The notes beneath the pieces are model-generated. The model worked only from the letters and a program-made list of their open reading frames with translations. It was not told where the DNA came from and did no database searches. Below are positions 47,030-56,829 of a stretch of DNA of 63,790 bases, one piece after another. Within the stretch, counting starts at the first letter, position 1; every line of letters begins with the position of its first letter. A program made the position numbers and the translations under genes. Source of the stretch: Cryomorphaceae bacterium ASP10-05a (GTDB taxonomy: Bacteria > Bacteroidota > Bacteroidia > Flavobacteriales_D > Sanyastnellaceae); assembly GCA_000981645.1 (NCBI GenBank), contig LAQC01000008.1, positions 1 to 63,790 on the forward strand, in the 5' to 3' direction.

Positions 47030-47713
47030 TTGGTCATAGATGTCGTAATTCCCGCTTTTAACGAACAAGATAGCATTCCACTGGTCTTAGCAGATTTAGA
47101 TAGGAGTCTAGTTCGAAATGTGGTAGTAGTTAATAACAACTCTACAGATGGAACTGTGAGTGCTGCTTTAAAAGGGGGCGCTATAGTAGTAGACGAACCC
47201 CATCAGGGTTACGGAGCTGCCTGTTTACGAGGAGTTGAGTATGTAAATGAATCTAGTTTAACTGCAGATATCATAGTGTTTATGGATGCAGATTATTCAG
47301 ATTATGGAGATGAGTTAGAGCAGCTGGTACGTCCTATTGTAATTGGAGAAGTAGATTTCACTATTGGTTCTAGAGCCTTAGGGCAGAGAGAAAAAGGAGC
47401 TATGATGCCACAGCAGCTCTTCGGGAACTGGCTAGCTACGGGACTCCTGAAATTGTTCTACGGAGTTCGTTTTTCAGACCTTGGGCCATTCAGAGCTATT
47501 CGGTTAAGTACGTTGAATGCCTTGAAAATGAAGGATAAGGACTTCGGCTGGACTGTGGAGATGCAAATAAAAATAGCGAAACAAAAAATACCCTTCATCG
47601 AATTTCCTGCACGTTACAGAAAACGAATAGGAGTATCTAAAATCACGGGCACGCTTAAAGGGACTATCTTAGCGGGCTATAAAATTATTTACACCTTAAT
47701 TAAGTATCGATAA
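47030..47713 (+). CDS. Small GT2 glycosyltransferase (polyprenyl-phosphate sugar synthase-like)
   Basis: The 227-aa product begins with a TTG start at a typical GT2 N-terminus (VIDVVIPAFNE). A DxD-type MDADYSD motif is present. No C-terminal TM bundle is evident. Confidence 0.8.
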   Translation: MVIDVVIPAFNEQDSIPLVLADLDRSLVRNVVVVNNNSTDGTVSAALKGGAIVVDEPHQGYGAACLRGVEYVNESSLTADIIVFMDADYSDYGDELEQLVRPIVIGEVDFTIGSRALGQREKGAMMPQQLFGNWLATGLLKLFYGVRFSDLGPFRAIRLSTLNALKMKDKDFGWTVEMQIKIAKQKIPFIEFPARYRKRIGVSKITGTLKGTILAGYKIIYTLIKYR

Positions 47714-47714
47714 T

Positions 47715-49190
47715 ATGGAGATCATCCTCATCATATTATATGCGTTTTTCCTACTGTTCATCTTTGCCTATAGTATTATGCAGTTGAGCTTAGCATTAGC
47801 ATATTCAAAACAGAAAAAAGCGGTCAAGAAGACTAGCTGTAGCATGGAAGGTAAAGAATGGCCTAGAGTCACTATTCAGCTTCCAGTGTATAATGAATTA
47901 TACGTAGTAGAGAGATTATTAGCTTCTATAGCTGAGATGGACTACGATAAATCGAAGTTGGATATCCAGCTTTTAGATGATTCTACAGACGAATCATTCG
48001 AAGTAGCTGCCGTAAAAGTAAAAGAACTTCAGGCGTTAGGGTTTGATATTTCGCATATACAAAGGCCCGAAAGAAAAGGGTATAAAGCAGGTGCTTTGGC
48101 CTATGGAATGCAGAGGATTAAAGGCGAGTTTATAGCCATTTTCGATGCTGATTTTGTCCCAGATCCATTATTTCTTATAAAAACCATTCCTCACTTTTAT
48201 GCTTCAGATGATATAGGAGTAGTGCAGACTAGATGGCAACATCTCAATAAAAATTATAGCTTTCTAACTAAGCTACAGGCATTCGCATTAGATGCACATT
48301 TTACTGTAGAACAAGTTGGAAGAAACGCACTAGGCCATTTCATAAACTTTAATGGAACAGCGGGTGTATGGAGAAAAACCTGCATAGAAGATGCAGGGGG
48401 ATGGCAGAGTGATACCATTACAGAAGATTTAGACTTGAGTTATAGAGCTCAAATGAAAGGTTGGAAATTTACTTATTTAGAAGATGTACTTTCTCCTGCA
48501 GAACTTCCAGCAGAGATGAACTCTCTTAAAAATCAACAGTTCCGTTGGACCAAAGGGGCTGCAGAATGCGCAGTAAAAAACCTCCCTAAAGTAATGAGAA
48601 CAAAACAGCTCGACTGGAAAACTAAAGTCCATGCTGCGTTTCATCTTCTGAACAGTTTTGTGTTTATCTGCATCTTTTGTACTTCCATGTTAAGTGTGCC
48701 TGTTCTTTTGATCAAGCATAATTTTGAAGGATATGATTCTATCTTCAAACTAGCGAGTGTATTTGTTTCTAGTTTTCTTATCCTAAGCTATTTCTACTGG
48801 TTAAGCATGAGCCATTCGGAAAAAGGAGGAATAAAAAGCTTATTGAAGTTCATCGTCCGATTTCCTCTATTCTTATCAGTAAGTATGGGGCTTTCTCTTC
48901 ATAACAGCATAGCAGTAATCGAAGGGTATATCGGAAGGAAAACACCCTTTGTAAGAACCCCTAAATTTGCTCTAGAAGAAAAGTCGGGAACTTGGGCAAA
49001 TAAGAAGTACCGAGCTTTTAAGGTGAATCCACTCACCATCATAGAGGTATTTATAACGCTTTACTTTTTAGCAGCTATAGGATATGCTATTTATCTGGGA
49101 GATTACGGACTACTCCCTTTTCATGTTATGCTCACAGTAGGTTTCGGTGTAGTAAGTTTCTACTCGGTAAAGCATACCCAAATGTCATAA
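47715..49190 (+). CDS. Processive membrane GT2 synthase (cellulose/chitin/glucomannan-synthase-like)
   Basis: The 491-aa product has an N-terminal TM and the motifs LDDSTD, FDADFVP, ITEDLDLSYR and QQFRWTKG (QxxRW). Several C-terminal TM segments follow. Confidence 0.85.
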   Translation: MEIILIILYAFFLLFIFAYSIMQLSLALAYSKQKKAVKKTSCSMEGKEWPRVTIQLPVYNELYVVERLLASIAEMDYDKSKLDIQLLDDSTDESFEVAAVKVKELQALGFDISHIQRPERKGYKAGALAYGMQRIKGEFIAIFDADFVPDPLFLIKTIPHFYASDDIGVVQTRWQHLNKNYSFLTKLQAFALDAHFTVEQVGRNALGHFINFNGTAGVWRKTCIEDAGGWQSDTITEDLDLSYRAQMKGWKFTYLEDVLSPAELPAEMNSLKNQQFRWTKGAAECAVKNLPKVMRTKQLDWKTKVHAAFHLLNSFVFICIFCTSMLSVPVLLIKHNFEGYDSIFKLASVFVSSFLILSYFYWLSMSHSEKGGIKSLLKFIVRFPLFLSVSMGLSLHNSIAVIEGYIGRKTPFVRTPKFALEEKSGTWANKKYRAFKVNPLTIIEVFITLYFLAAIGYAIYLGDYGLLPFHVMLTVGFGVVSFYSVKHTQMS

Positions 49191-49196
49191 ATCGAC

Positions 49197-50519
49197 ATGG
49201 GAAACATGAGTTCATTTTGGCGAGTGGGTATTGTGTTTCTAACCTTTGCAGCGCACATTTTAGTATTTCTCACAGCCAGAGAAGATTTTTATATGCTTCT
49301 CGGGCTCTTTACAGGAGTATTCTGGCTTTACCTATTAATCATAGATGAGTATGAGATAACAGATGTCTTTTATATGGCTATTGCATTAAGGGTGTTTTGG
49401 CTTTTTACTACACCTGCTTTATCCGATGATTATCATCGTTTTATATGGGATGGAGAGGTCACGCTGAGCGGGGATAACGTATATGGACATACGCCTTCGG
49501 ACCTAATCGTTTTGGATGAATTCGATACGACATTAAATGGAGAGCTGTATAAGCAGATGAATTCCCCAGATTATTTTTCGGTTTATCCGCCAGTTAATCA
49601 GCTGTACTTTATCGCTTCAGGTTTATTCACGGATTCTATTTATGGAAGATTATTAACCCTTAAAATCCTCTTTTTCCTTACTGAATTTATAGGGTTATTT
49701 ACATTGTTTCGGCTAGCTCTAAGTAAAGGCGTTGCAATAGGTAAATTCTCACTCTGGGCATTAAATCCATTAGTAATAATAGAAGGAATCGGAAACCTTC
49801 ATTTCGAAGTGGTCATGCTGACGTATGTAATCTTAGCAGTTGTCTATTTTAAAAAGAGTTGGCTACTGTCTGCAATCTTTTTCGGCATAGCTATTAGTAC
49901 GAAGCTGCTTCCATTAATGTTTTTGCCGCTACTTATTCCATATCTCGGATGGGGAAGAAGTATCAAATATGGAGCTGCAGCTGGGCTAACATTTCTACTT
50001 ACATTCCTTCCTTTTTTAAGTTTAGAAGTCCTCTTAAATATTTGGAGCAGCATCGATTTATATTTTCAAAGTTTCGAATTCAATGCCAGTATATTTTACA
50101 TCGTAAAATGGATAGGCGAATTAACGTTGGGCTGGGATATAGTGCAAACAGCAGGGCCTATTATGGCAGGTGTTACAGTGTTGGTGATCGCTACGCTCAG
50201 TTTTTTCCCACAGAAGACTTGGAAGTTAAGTCTGCCAGCAGCAGCATTAATTGTGAGTACAGTGTATCTATTAATGAGTACCACGGTTCACCCCTGGTAT
50301 GCGCTTATTCCTTTCGGAATTTCATTGTTCTCTAAGCACAAGTTTCCTTTCTGGTGGACAGGATTAATATTTCTCTCGTATTCCTTTTACATCAATGGAA
50401 CAATAGAAGAAAAACCGTTATTTTTATTCATTCAGTATGGGATGTTATTCTTCTTAATAGGGAGAGAGTTGGTTAAAAAGAGCCGACTGAAAAAGGAGAT
50501 GGGTGTGCGGGTTGAATGA
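49197..50519 (+). CDS. GT-C-fold-like polytopic membrane protein (DUF2029 / mannosyltransferase-like)
   Basis: The 440-aa product has at least 10 hydrophobic segments. An acidic first-loop motif, LSDDYHRFIWDGE, is typical of polyprenyl-P-sugar-dependent GT-C enzymes. Confidence 0.65.
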   Translation: MGNMSSFWRVGIVFLTFAAHILVFLTAREDFYMLLGLFTGVFWLYLLIIDEYEITDVFYMAIALRVFWLFTTPALSDDYHRFIWDGEVTLSGDNVYGHTPSDLIVLDEFDTTLNGELYKQMNSPDYFSVYPPVNQLYFIASGLFTDSIYGRLLTLKILFFLTEFIGLFTLFRLALSKGVAIGKFSLWALNPLVIIEGIGNLHFEVVMLTYVILAVVYFKKSWLLSAIFFGIAISTKLLPLMFLPLLIPYLGWGRSIKYGAAAGLTFLLTFLPFLSLEVLLNIWSSIDLYFQSFEFNASIFYIVKWIGELTLGWDIVQTAGPIMAGVTVLVIATLSFFPQKTWKLSLPAAALIVSTVYLLMSTTVHPWYALIPFGISLFSKHKFPFWWTGLIFLSYSFYINGTIEEKPLFLFIQYGMLFFLIGRELVKKSRLKKEMGVRVE

Positions 50520-50786
50520 GTTTTTTATTACGTGACATTAATTAAACGAGTAGTTTCCTTCACCTAAAGTGAAGTTAAAAAGCTGAAGAAGAGTAAATAG
50601 ATAAGGTAAGATGTCTAGCTGATTCAAGCGGCTCTCTGTTTGGTTTATGGCAATTCTTAGTAGAGAAACAAAGAAGAAGACAAATCTTAAAACACACAGA
50701 ATCATCCAGAGTGAAAAGGTTTGATGGTGATTCAATTGAAGAAACTAGTGTGTTCAATTCTTGACCTTCAATTGGCGTATAGAAAC

Positions 50787-50794
50787 TATCTTTG
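50787..50794 (+). promoter_or_regulatory. Candidate -7 box (TATCTTTG) for uvrB
   Basis: The box matches TAnnTTTG, only 8 nt upstream of the ATG at 50803, which implies a very short leader. It lies inside the ORF-track extension from TTG 50761. Confidence 0.4.
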
Positions 50795-50802
50795 TTACGC
50801 CC

Positions 50803-52818
50803 ATGAAATTCAAATTACATTCAGAATTTAAGCCCGCAGGAGATCAGCCAGAAGCTATAAGACAGTTAACAGAAGGAATAGAAAACGGAACCGAGCACCA
50901 AACACTTTTAGGAGTTACAGGTTCTGGAAAAACATTTACTATAGCTAATCTGATAGAGAAAACACAGCGTCCAACGCTTATACTCTCTCATAACAAAACA
51001 TTAGCAGCCCAGTTATACTCTGAGTTTAAGCAGTTCTTTCCTGAGAATCAAGTGGAGTACTTCGTGAGTTATTATGATTATTATCAGCCAGAAGCTTTTA
51101 TTCCAACTACGGGAACTTATATAGAAAAAGACCTGCAGATAAATCAGGAAATCGAAAAATTAAGGTTGGCTTGTTCATCTGCTTTATTAAGCGGAAAAAG
51201 GGATCTTATTATAGTGGCATCAGTATCGTGCATCTACGGAATAGGTAATCCAGTAGAGTTTCATAAGAGTGTTATTTCTGTAGCTAAAGGAGAAACTATA
51301 TCTAGAAATAAATTTTTGTACAAGCTAGTTTCTAGTTTGTACAGCAGAACCAGAGATCTGTTTACCAGAGGAACTTTCCGTGTGGTAGGTGATCAGGTAG
51401 ATATATTTTTAGCCTATGCAGACCATGCCCTTAGAATTGTTTTTTGGGGAGATGAGATAGAAGAGGTGTATACATTTGACCCTGAGAGTGGCAGTAAAAT
51501 TCTAGACTTCGAAGAGACCAAAATCTATCCTGCCAATTTATTCGTGACTGGAAAAGACACCATGGAGAGTGCTATTTGGGAGATTCAGCAGGAAATGGTA
51601 AAACAAGTAGATTTTTTCAAATCTGAAGGAAAGTTTTTAGAAGCCAAAAGACTTAAAGAAAGAGTAGAGCATGATTTGGAAATGATGCGTGAGTTAGGTT
51701 TCTGTTCAGGAATAGAAAATTACTCGCGTTACTTCGATAAGCGTCAGCCCGGAGAGAGACCATTCTGTTTGATAGATTATTTTCCAGATGATTTCCTTTT
51801 TGTCATAGATGAAAGCCATGTCACTATTCCACAAATAGGAGCCATGTATGGTGGAGATCGAGCTAGAAAAGTAAATTTAGTGGATTATGGATTTAGACTT
51901 CCCTCTGCCATAGATAACCGTCCCTTAAAATTTGAAGAATGGCAGGATATGCTGAACCAAGTGGTTTATGTAAGCGCTACTCCTGCAGATTATGAGTTGG
52001 AAAAATCTGAAGGAGTAATAATTGAGCAGGTCGTTCGTCCTACGGGGTTATTAGACCCGCCTATAGAGGTGCGCCCGAGCATTAATCAGATAGATGATTT
52101 ACTCGATGAGATTCACCGAGTGATAGCTAATAACGAGAGAATTTTGGTTACTACACTAACCAAAAGAATGGCTGAAGAATTTTCTAAGTATTTAGATAAA
52201 CTGGATATAGCCTGTAGATACATCCACTCCGAGGTGAAGACACTAGACAGAATAGAGATTCTAAGAGATTTAAGAGAAGGAGTTTTCGATGTGCTCGTGG
52301 GAGTTAACCTTCTAAGAGAAGGGCTAGATTTACCTGAAGTGTCGTTAGTGGCTATTATGGATGCAGATAAAGAAGGTTTTCTGCGTAGCAATAGGTCTCT
52401 GACGCAAACCGCAGGACGAGCCGCTAGAAATGTAAACGGAAAAGTAATCATGTACGCGGATAAGATTACGGGTTCCATGCAAACGACTATGGATGAAACG
52501 GATAGAAGGAGAGAGAAACAAGAGGCGCATAACATCAAGCATGGAATAGTGCCGCAGCAGATAAATAAAAAGAACGAAACATTATTCGAAAACTCTGGTG
52601 TGGTTTCTAGGCCAGGAGATTATAGTGATATCGATACTTCTGCGGCTATAGCTGCGGATCCTGTAGTTCAGTACATGAATTCAGATGATTTGCAGAAAGC
52701 CATACAAAAAACCCAGAAAGCTATGGAGAAAGCCGCTAAAGATATGGAGTTCATGGAAGCTGCTAGATTAAGGGATGAACTAATCGAACTTAAAAAGTTA
52801 TACGAATCTAAAAAATAG
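50803..52818 (+). CDS. uvrB: Excinuclease ABC subunit B
   Basis: Counting from ATG 50803 the product starts MKFKLHSEFKPAGDQPEAI. It has Walker A GVTGSGKT, the DEAD-like IDESHV, helicase motifs and a C-terminal UVR domain (MEFMEAARLRDEL). Confidence 0.96.
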   Translation: MKFKLHSEFKPAGDQPEAIRQLTEGIENGTEHQTLLGVTGSGKTFTIANLIEKTQRPTLILSHNKTLAAQLYSEFKQFFPENQVEYFVSYYDYYQPEAFIPTTGTYIEKDLQINQEIEKLRLACSSALLSGKRDLIIVASVSCIYGIGNPVEFHKSVISVAKGETISRNKFLYKLVSSLYSRTRDLFTRGTFRVVGDQVDIFLAYADHALRIVFWGDEIEEVYTFDPESGSKILDFEETKIYPANLFVTGKDTMESAIWEIQQEMVKQVDFFKSEGKFLEAKRLKERVEHDLEMMRELGFCSGIENYSRYFDKRQPGERPFCLIDYFPDDFLFVIDESHVTIPQIGAMYGGDRARKVNLVDYGFRLPSAIDNRPLKFEEWQDMLNQVVYVSATPADYELEKSEGVIIEQVVRPTGLLDPPIEVRPSINQIDDLLDEIHRVIANNERILVTTLTKRMAEEFSKYLDKLDIACRYIHSEVKTLDRIEILRDLREGVFDVLVGVNLLREGLDLPEVSLVAIMDADKEGFLRSNRSLTQTAGRAARNVNGKVIMYADKITGSMQTTMDETDRRREKQEAHNIKHGIVPQQINKKNETLFENSGVVSRPGDYSDIDTSAAIAADPVVQYMNSDDLQKAIQKTQKAMEKAAKDMEFMEAARLRDELIELKKLYESKK

Positions 52819-52877
52819 AAATCCAATAACCAGTATCTTGGTATCCTTGTGGCATTGTAACGCTAAATAGCAAACAA

Positions 52878-53354
52878 ATGAAAAGATTGAAAGTAGCTCT
52901 AGTTTTAGTTGGAGTATTAATATTGATTTCCTCCTCATGTAACAAGAGGAGAGAGATGAAAAAATCTCCGGCAGATCAGACAGAAACGATAAACACGAAG
53001 GAGAAAGAGGCGATTTCTGTTGTGGAAATAGACCCTACATATAAGAATATTAAGACGGACAGCTTTAACCTTTTGGAGTCCAGTTTAGAGGGGGATAATC
53101 TAATTTTACTTGTACAGTATGGTGGAGGGTGTCGAGAACATGAGTGGAAACTCAAAACGAATGGAGCCTACGCTAAGAGCTTGCCACCTCAGATTACGCT
53201 AAATTTAGAACACAATGCCAATAGTGATATGTGCAGGGCTCTTGTAACTGACACCTTAGAGTTTAATTTAGAGCCCTTGAGATATCCAGGTAATTTGCAG
53301 TTGGACGTGAGAATACTAGGGTACGAAAAACAGGTGAATAGATATACGTATTAG
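52878..53354 (+). CDS. Small lipoprotein of unknown function
   Basis: The 158-aa product has a lipobox (LISSSC). Its C-terminal domain carries two Cys (YGGGCREHEW ... NSDMCRALV). Confidence 0.6.
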   Translation: MKRLKVALVLVGVLILISSSCNKRREMKKSPADQTETINTKEKEAISVVEIDPTYKNIKTDSFNLLESSLEGDNLILLVQYGGGCREHEWKLKTNGAYAKSLPPQITLNLEHNANSDMCRALVTDTLEFNLEPLRYPGNLQLDVRILGYEKQVNRYTY

Positions 53355-53370
53355 CAAAACAATAAAAACA

Positions 53371-55605
53371 ATGAATAGAATTTTAATTGGCCTAGCCGCT
53401 TTGGTTTTTATCACGAGTAATGCCACAGGGCAGATTTCTCAAGGAGGAGAACCTTACCAGTGGGATATAAAAGATGTAGAAAGATTTAATGTAGACTTCC
53501 AGGAGTTCGGAGAGCTAGATATGAATTTAATCGGTCTACAAGATGCTATAGGTGATGCAGAAAAAGACACCCCTTTTAGATTTGGAATAGAGCACGATGT
53601 AGCTTTTTCTAAAGAAAACAGTGGTTCATGGGCAGAGCTAGATAATGGAGATAAAATTTGGAGGCTAGGAGTAAAGGCTGTAGATGCTACATCTATTTCT
53701 TTCTTGTTTGACAGATTTGTTCTTCATAAAGGAGCTGAACTGTTTATATGGAATTCAGCGCGAACTGAATTTTTAGGTTCATTCAGTTTTAAGAATAATA
53801 AAAAGGCTGGAGTATTTCCGGTAAGTCTTTTACACTCAGATGCGGTGGTTATCGAATATTTAGTTCCAGCTGGAGTTGATGAAGGGGAGTTAAGCCTTGG
53901 TATGGTAGTTCAGGGATATAGAGCTATAATTAATCAATACGAGGATGAAGAAAGAGGTCCTTACGGAAATTCAGGAGCGTGTAACATAAACGTAAACTGC
54001 CCAGAAGGAGCCGATTGGCAGATTGAAAAGAAATCAGTAGCGCTTATTATTGATGGAGGTAATGCATCTTGTACTGGAGCGTTAGTTAATAATACTGCGA
54101 ATGATGGAACTCCTTACTTTCTTACGGCTAACCATTGTTTAGGAAATCCCAATACCTGGGTTTATCTATTTAATCATGAAGCCACAAACTGTAATGGGAG
54201 CAGTGGTCCCACACTTCAAACCATCTCATCAGGGGATTTAGTAGCGAGTAATGGGGGTAGTGATTTTGCTTTAATAGAATTAAGTTCAGCCCCTCCTGCT
54301 AGTTACGAAGTGCAGTATGTAGGTTGGGATAGGTCAGATGATGAAAGTGTAACTGCATCTACGAGCATTCATCATCCATCGGGAGATGTAATGAAAATTT
54401 GTTTTGATGAAGATAATCCTTACCATGCTAACCAAGGAGGCGCTGCCGTTTGGTACATAGATGAATGGGAGGACGGTGTAACCGAGCCAGGCTCTTCAGG
54501 TTCTCCGTTGTTCGATCAGAATCACCGAATTATAGGCCAGCTTTATGGAGGATATGCCGCATGTAGTGGGGAAGTAAATAACGGAGAAGCAGATTGGTAC
54601 GGTAGATTCGGAGTTTCTTGGGATGGAGATAGCCCTGAGACGAGATTAAAAGACTGGTTAGACCCACAAAACGTTAGTCCTTCAGTTCTAGACGGATGGC
54701 CAGAAGGAGCTGTTCAATACGCTAATGACGCCAGTGTATCCATAAATAATGAAATAGAAGGAGTGCTATGTCAATCTACGATATATCCAACAGCTACTAT
54801 CTTTAACAACGGTGAAGAAAATCTTACTGAGGCAGTGGTAACTGTTCAGTTAAACGGGAATACTTTAGAGCAAGTGAACTGGTCCGGAAGCTTAGGGAGT
54901 AGCCAGAGCGCAGTGGTGAATTTAAGTCCACAGGAATTACAAAATGGCGAGAATATTTTCCAAGTAACAGTAGAAAGTGAGGACGATGAAAATGAATCGA
55001 ATAATTCAAGCTCGGTTACCTTTGATGCCGTAACCATAGAGAATTCTTCTGTTTTCCAGTTAAACTTAACTTTAGATGAGTACCCTGAGGAAACTACGTG
55101 GGAAGTGAGCGATGGAGCCACTGTTTTAGCTAGCGGGGGTCCTTATTCAGTTGAAGGTGCGTTGGTAGTAGAGGAGTTTTGTCTTCCTGAAGGCTGTTTT
55201 GTTTTTACTATTTATGATGAAGCATCAGACGGACTCTGCTGTGATTACGGTGAGGGGAGTTATACCATAGAGAATCAGTTAAACGTAGAGGTAGCTTCTT
55301 CTAATGGAGAGTTTACATCTGAAGAAACACAGGATTTCTGCGCTTCTGTGACTAATGTCAATGAAAACGAAAATACCTCAGTCCAGTTTTTCCCTAATCC
55401 TACCTCAGGTAGATTAACTGTAATGTTAGACGAAGCCAATTCTATGATTACTGTTTATGACATTTCTGGAAGAAAAGTAATACAAGTAATGAATTCAGCT
55501 TCAGGAATTCTAGAGTTGGATACAGAAAATTTAACTTGTGGAACTTATGTGCTAAGTGTAAGCTCGAAAAGAGGAGATTCTAGAGGAGTATTCCTTAAAG
55601 AATAG
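53371..55605 (+). CDS. Secreted trypsin-fold (S1) serine endopeptidase with a T9SS type A C-terminal sorting domain
   Basis: The 744-aa product has a signal peptide. The catalytic triad contexts are YFLTANHC (His), SDFALIEL (Asp) and PGSSGSPLF (Ser). The C-terminus VQFFPNPTSGRLTVMLD...ITVYDISGRKV...GTYVLSV is a Por secretion tail. Confidence 0.88.
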   Translation: MNRILIGLAALVFITSNATGQISQGGEPYQWDIKDVERFNVDFQEFGELDMNLIGLQDAIGDAEKDTPFRFGIEHDVAFSKENSGSWAELDNGDKIWRLGVKAVDATSISFLFDRFVLHKGAELFIWNSARTEFLGSFSFKNNKKAGVFPVSLLHSDAVVIEYLVPAGVDEGELSLGMVVQGYRAIINQYEDEERGPYGNSGACNINVNCPEGADWQIEKKSVALIIDGGNASCTGALVNNTANDGTPYFLTANHCLGNPNTWVYLFNHEATNCNGSSGPTLQTISSGDLVASNGGSDFALIELSSAPPASYEVQYVGWDRSDDESVTASTSIHHPSGDVMKICFDEDNPYHANQGGAAVWYIDEWEDGVTEPGSSGSPLFDQNHRIIGQLYGGYAACSGEVNNGEADWYGRFGVSWDGDSPETRLKDWLDPQNVSPSVLDGWPEGAVQYANDASVSINNEIEGVLCQSTIYPTATIFNNGEENLTEAVVTVQLNGNTLEQVNWSGSLGSSQSAVVNLSPQELQNGENIFQVTVESEDDENESNNSSSVTFDAVTIENSSVFQLNLTLDEYPEETTWEVSDGATVLASGGPYSVEGALVVEEFCLPEGCFVFTIYDEASDGLCCDYGEGSYTIENQLNVEVASSNGEFTSEETQDFCASVTNVNENENTSVQFFPNPTSGRLTVMLDEANSMITVYDISGRKVIQVMNSASGILELDTENLTCGTYVLSVSSKRGDSRGVFLKE

Positions 55606-55625
55606 AATGTTTAAAGTATTTATAG

Positions 55626-55661
55626 AAAGCCCCTGTGAGTTGAGTCATAGGGGCTTTTTTT
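55626..55661 (+). terminator. Rho-independent terminator of the S1 peptidase gene
   Basis: A 9-bp stem pairs aaagcccct (55626-55634) with aggggcttt (55649-55657). The T-run extends to 55661. Confidence 0.85.
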
Positions 55662-55698
55662 GTATGCTAGATTCTTAACCTATAAGCCTTTCTATATT

Positions 55699-56829
55699 AT
55701 GAACGAATTACTCTCTGAATTATCTAATTTCCAGCAGATACTAAGTGTTGCACTTATAGCAGCAGTAGCAGTTCAGTTGTTCTATCTATTGTTTTTTTAC
55801 ATCAGATTAGTAGTATACAAGCCTAAGAATTCTCTTGCTAGCCAGCCACCTGTTAGCATAGTCATTTGTGCTAGAAATGAATCAAAGAATTTGATGAACT
55901 ACATCCCAATGATAATGGAGCAGAATTATCCCTTATTCGAGGTGGTAGTGGTGAATGATAGTAGTTGGGATGATTCAGAGGATATCTTAAAAGCACTGCA
56001 GGTACGTTATCCTTCTCTTAAAGTAGTGAAGCTAAACGAAGACCTTCATAGAATGGCAGGAAAAAAATTCGCATTAACGATGGGTATTAAAGGAACTTCT
56101 CATGAGAGGTTGCTGCTCACAGATGCTGATTGTAGCCCTCTGTCTAATGATTGGATAACCAATATGCTCGCTGAGGTGAAAGAAGACGAGGTAGTCCTTG
56201 GGGTCAGTTTAATGGCTAGACAAAAAGGCGTTTGGAAAAACTTTTTTCGATTCGAGTCTGTTCATACTGCAGTAAATTACTGCTCGCTAGCATTAGGCGG
56301 TTTGCCCTATATGGGCGTAGGAAGAAATCTATCATATACCAAAGAAAAATTCTTTTCAGTAGGCGGATTCAGAAAGCACATGCACATCATTGGAGGGGAT
56401 GATGATTTATTTATTAATGAAATAGCTCCGAAATCTACGTTTATAGTAAGGCAAGATCTAGAAGCTCAAACAACTTCACTTAGCCCTGAGAAGTTAAGTA
56501 AATGGTGGGAGCAGAAGAGAAGACACTTAAACACCTCAGGCCTTTATAAATTCAAGCATAAGCTGGCGTTAGGGATGGAGCCGCTTAGCTGGTGGATCAT
56601 GTGGGGAACCGCACTAGTCCTTTTAGTTTTACGCACACCTGCCTTGTTAGTAATTACTCCTATAGCGTTTAGATATTTGCTTCTATATGGTACTTTTATA
56701 GCTATAGGTAGAAAATGGAAAGTGTTAGATGCAGTATGGGTTATGCCAATATGGGAATTGGCGTTAAACATCGCTAAACCAGCTGTTCTTCTTTCTAATA
56801 TGATTTCAAAACCGAAAAGATGGATGTAA
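55699..56829 (+). CDS. Membrane-anchored GT2 glycosyltransferase
   Basis: The track start, TTG 55660, lies in the upstream terminator T-run. I prefer ATG 55699 (MNELLSELSNF...). The GT2 motifs VSIVICARNE and LTDADCSP are present, with N- and C-terminal TM segments. Confidence 0.82.
   Translation: MNELLSELSNFQQILSVALIAAVAVQLFYLLFFYIRLVVYKPKNSLASQPPVSIVICARNESKNLMNYIPMIMEQNYPLFEVVVVNDSSWDDSEDILKALQVRYPSLKVVKLNEDLHRMAGKKFALTMGIKGTSHERLLLTDADCSPLSNDWITNMLAEVKEDEVVLGVSLMARQKGVWKNFFRFESVHTAVNYCSLALGGLPYMGVGRNLSYTKEKFFSVGGFRKHMHIIGGDDDLFINEIAPKSTFIVRQDLEAQTTSLSPEKLSKWWEQKRRHLNTSGLYKFKHKLALGMEPLSWWIMWGTALVLLVLRTPALLVITPIAFRYLLLYGTFIAIGRKWKVLDAVWVMPIWELALNIAKPAVLLSNMISKPKRWM

Noticed and set aside
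50538-50757. Two overlapping minus-strand ORFs (65 and 60 aa) in the 283-bp spacer between the GT-C gene and uvrB. The 65-aa one is hydrophobic (MNHHQTFSLWMILCVLRFVFFFVSLL...).
   Set aside because: There is no -7 box, no terminator and no recognisable family, and AT-rich spacers readily give Phe/Leu/Ile-rich ORFs. It could be a small membrane protein, but I cannot support that from the sequence alone.
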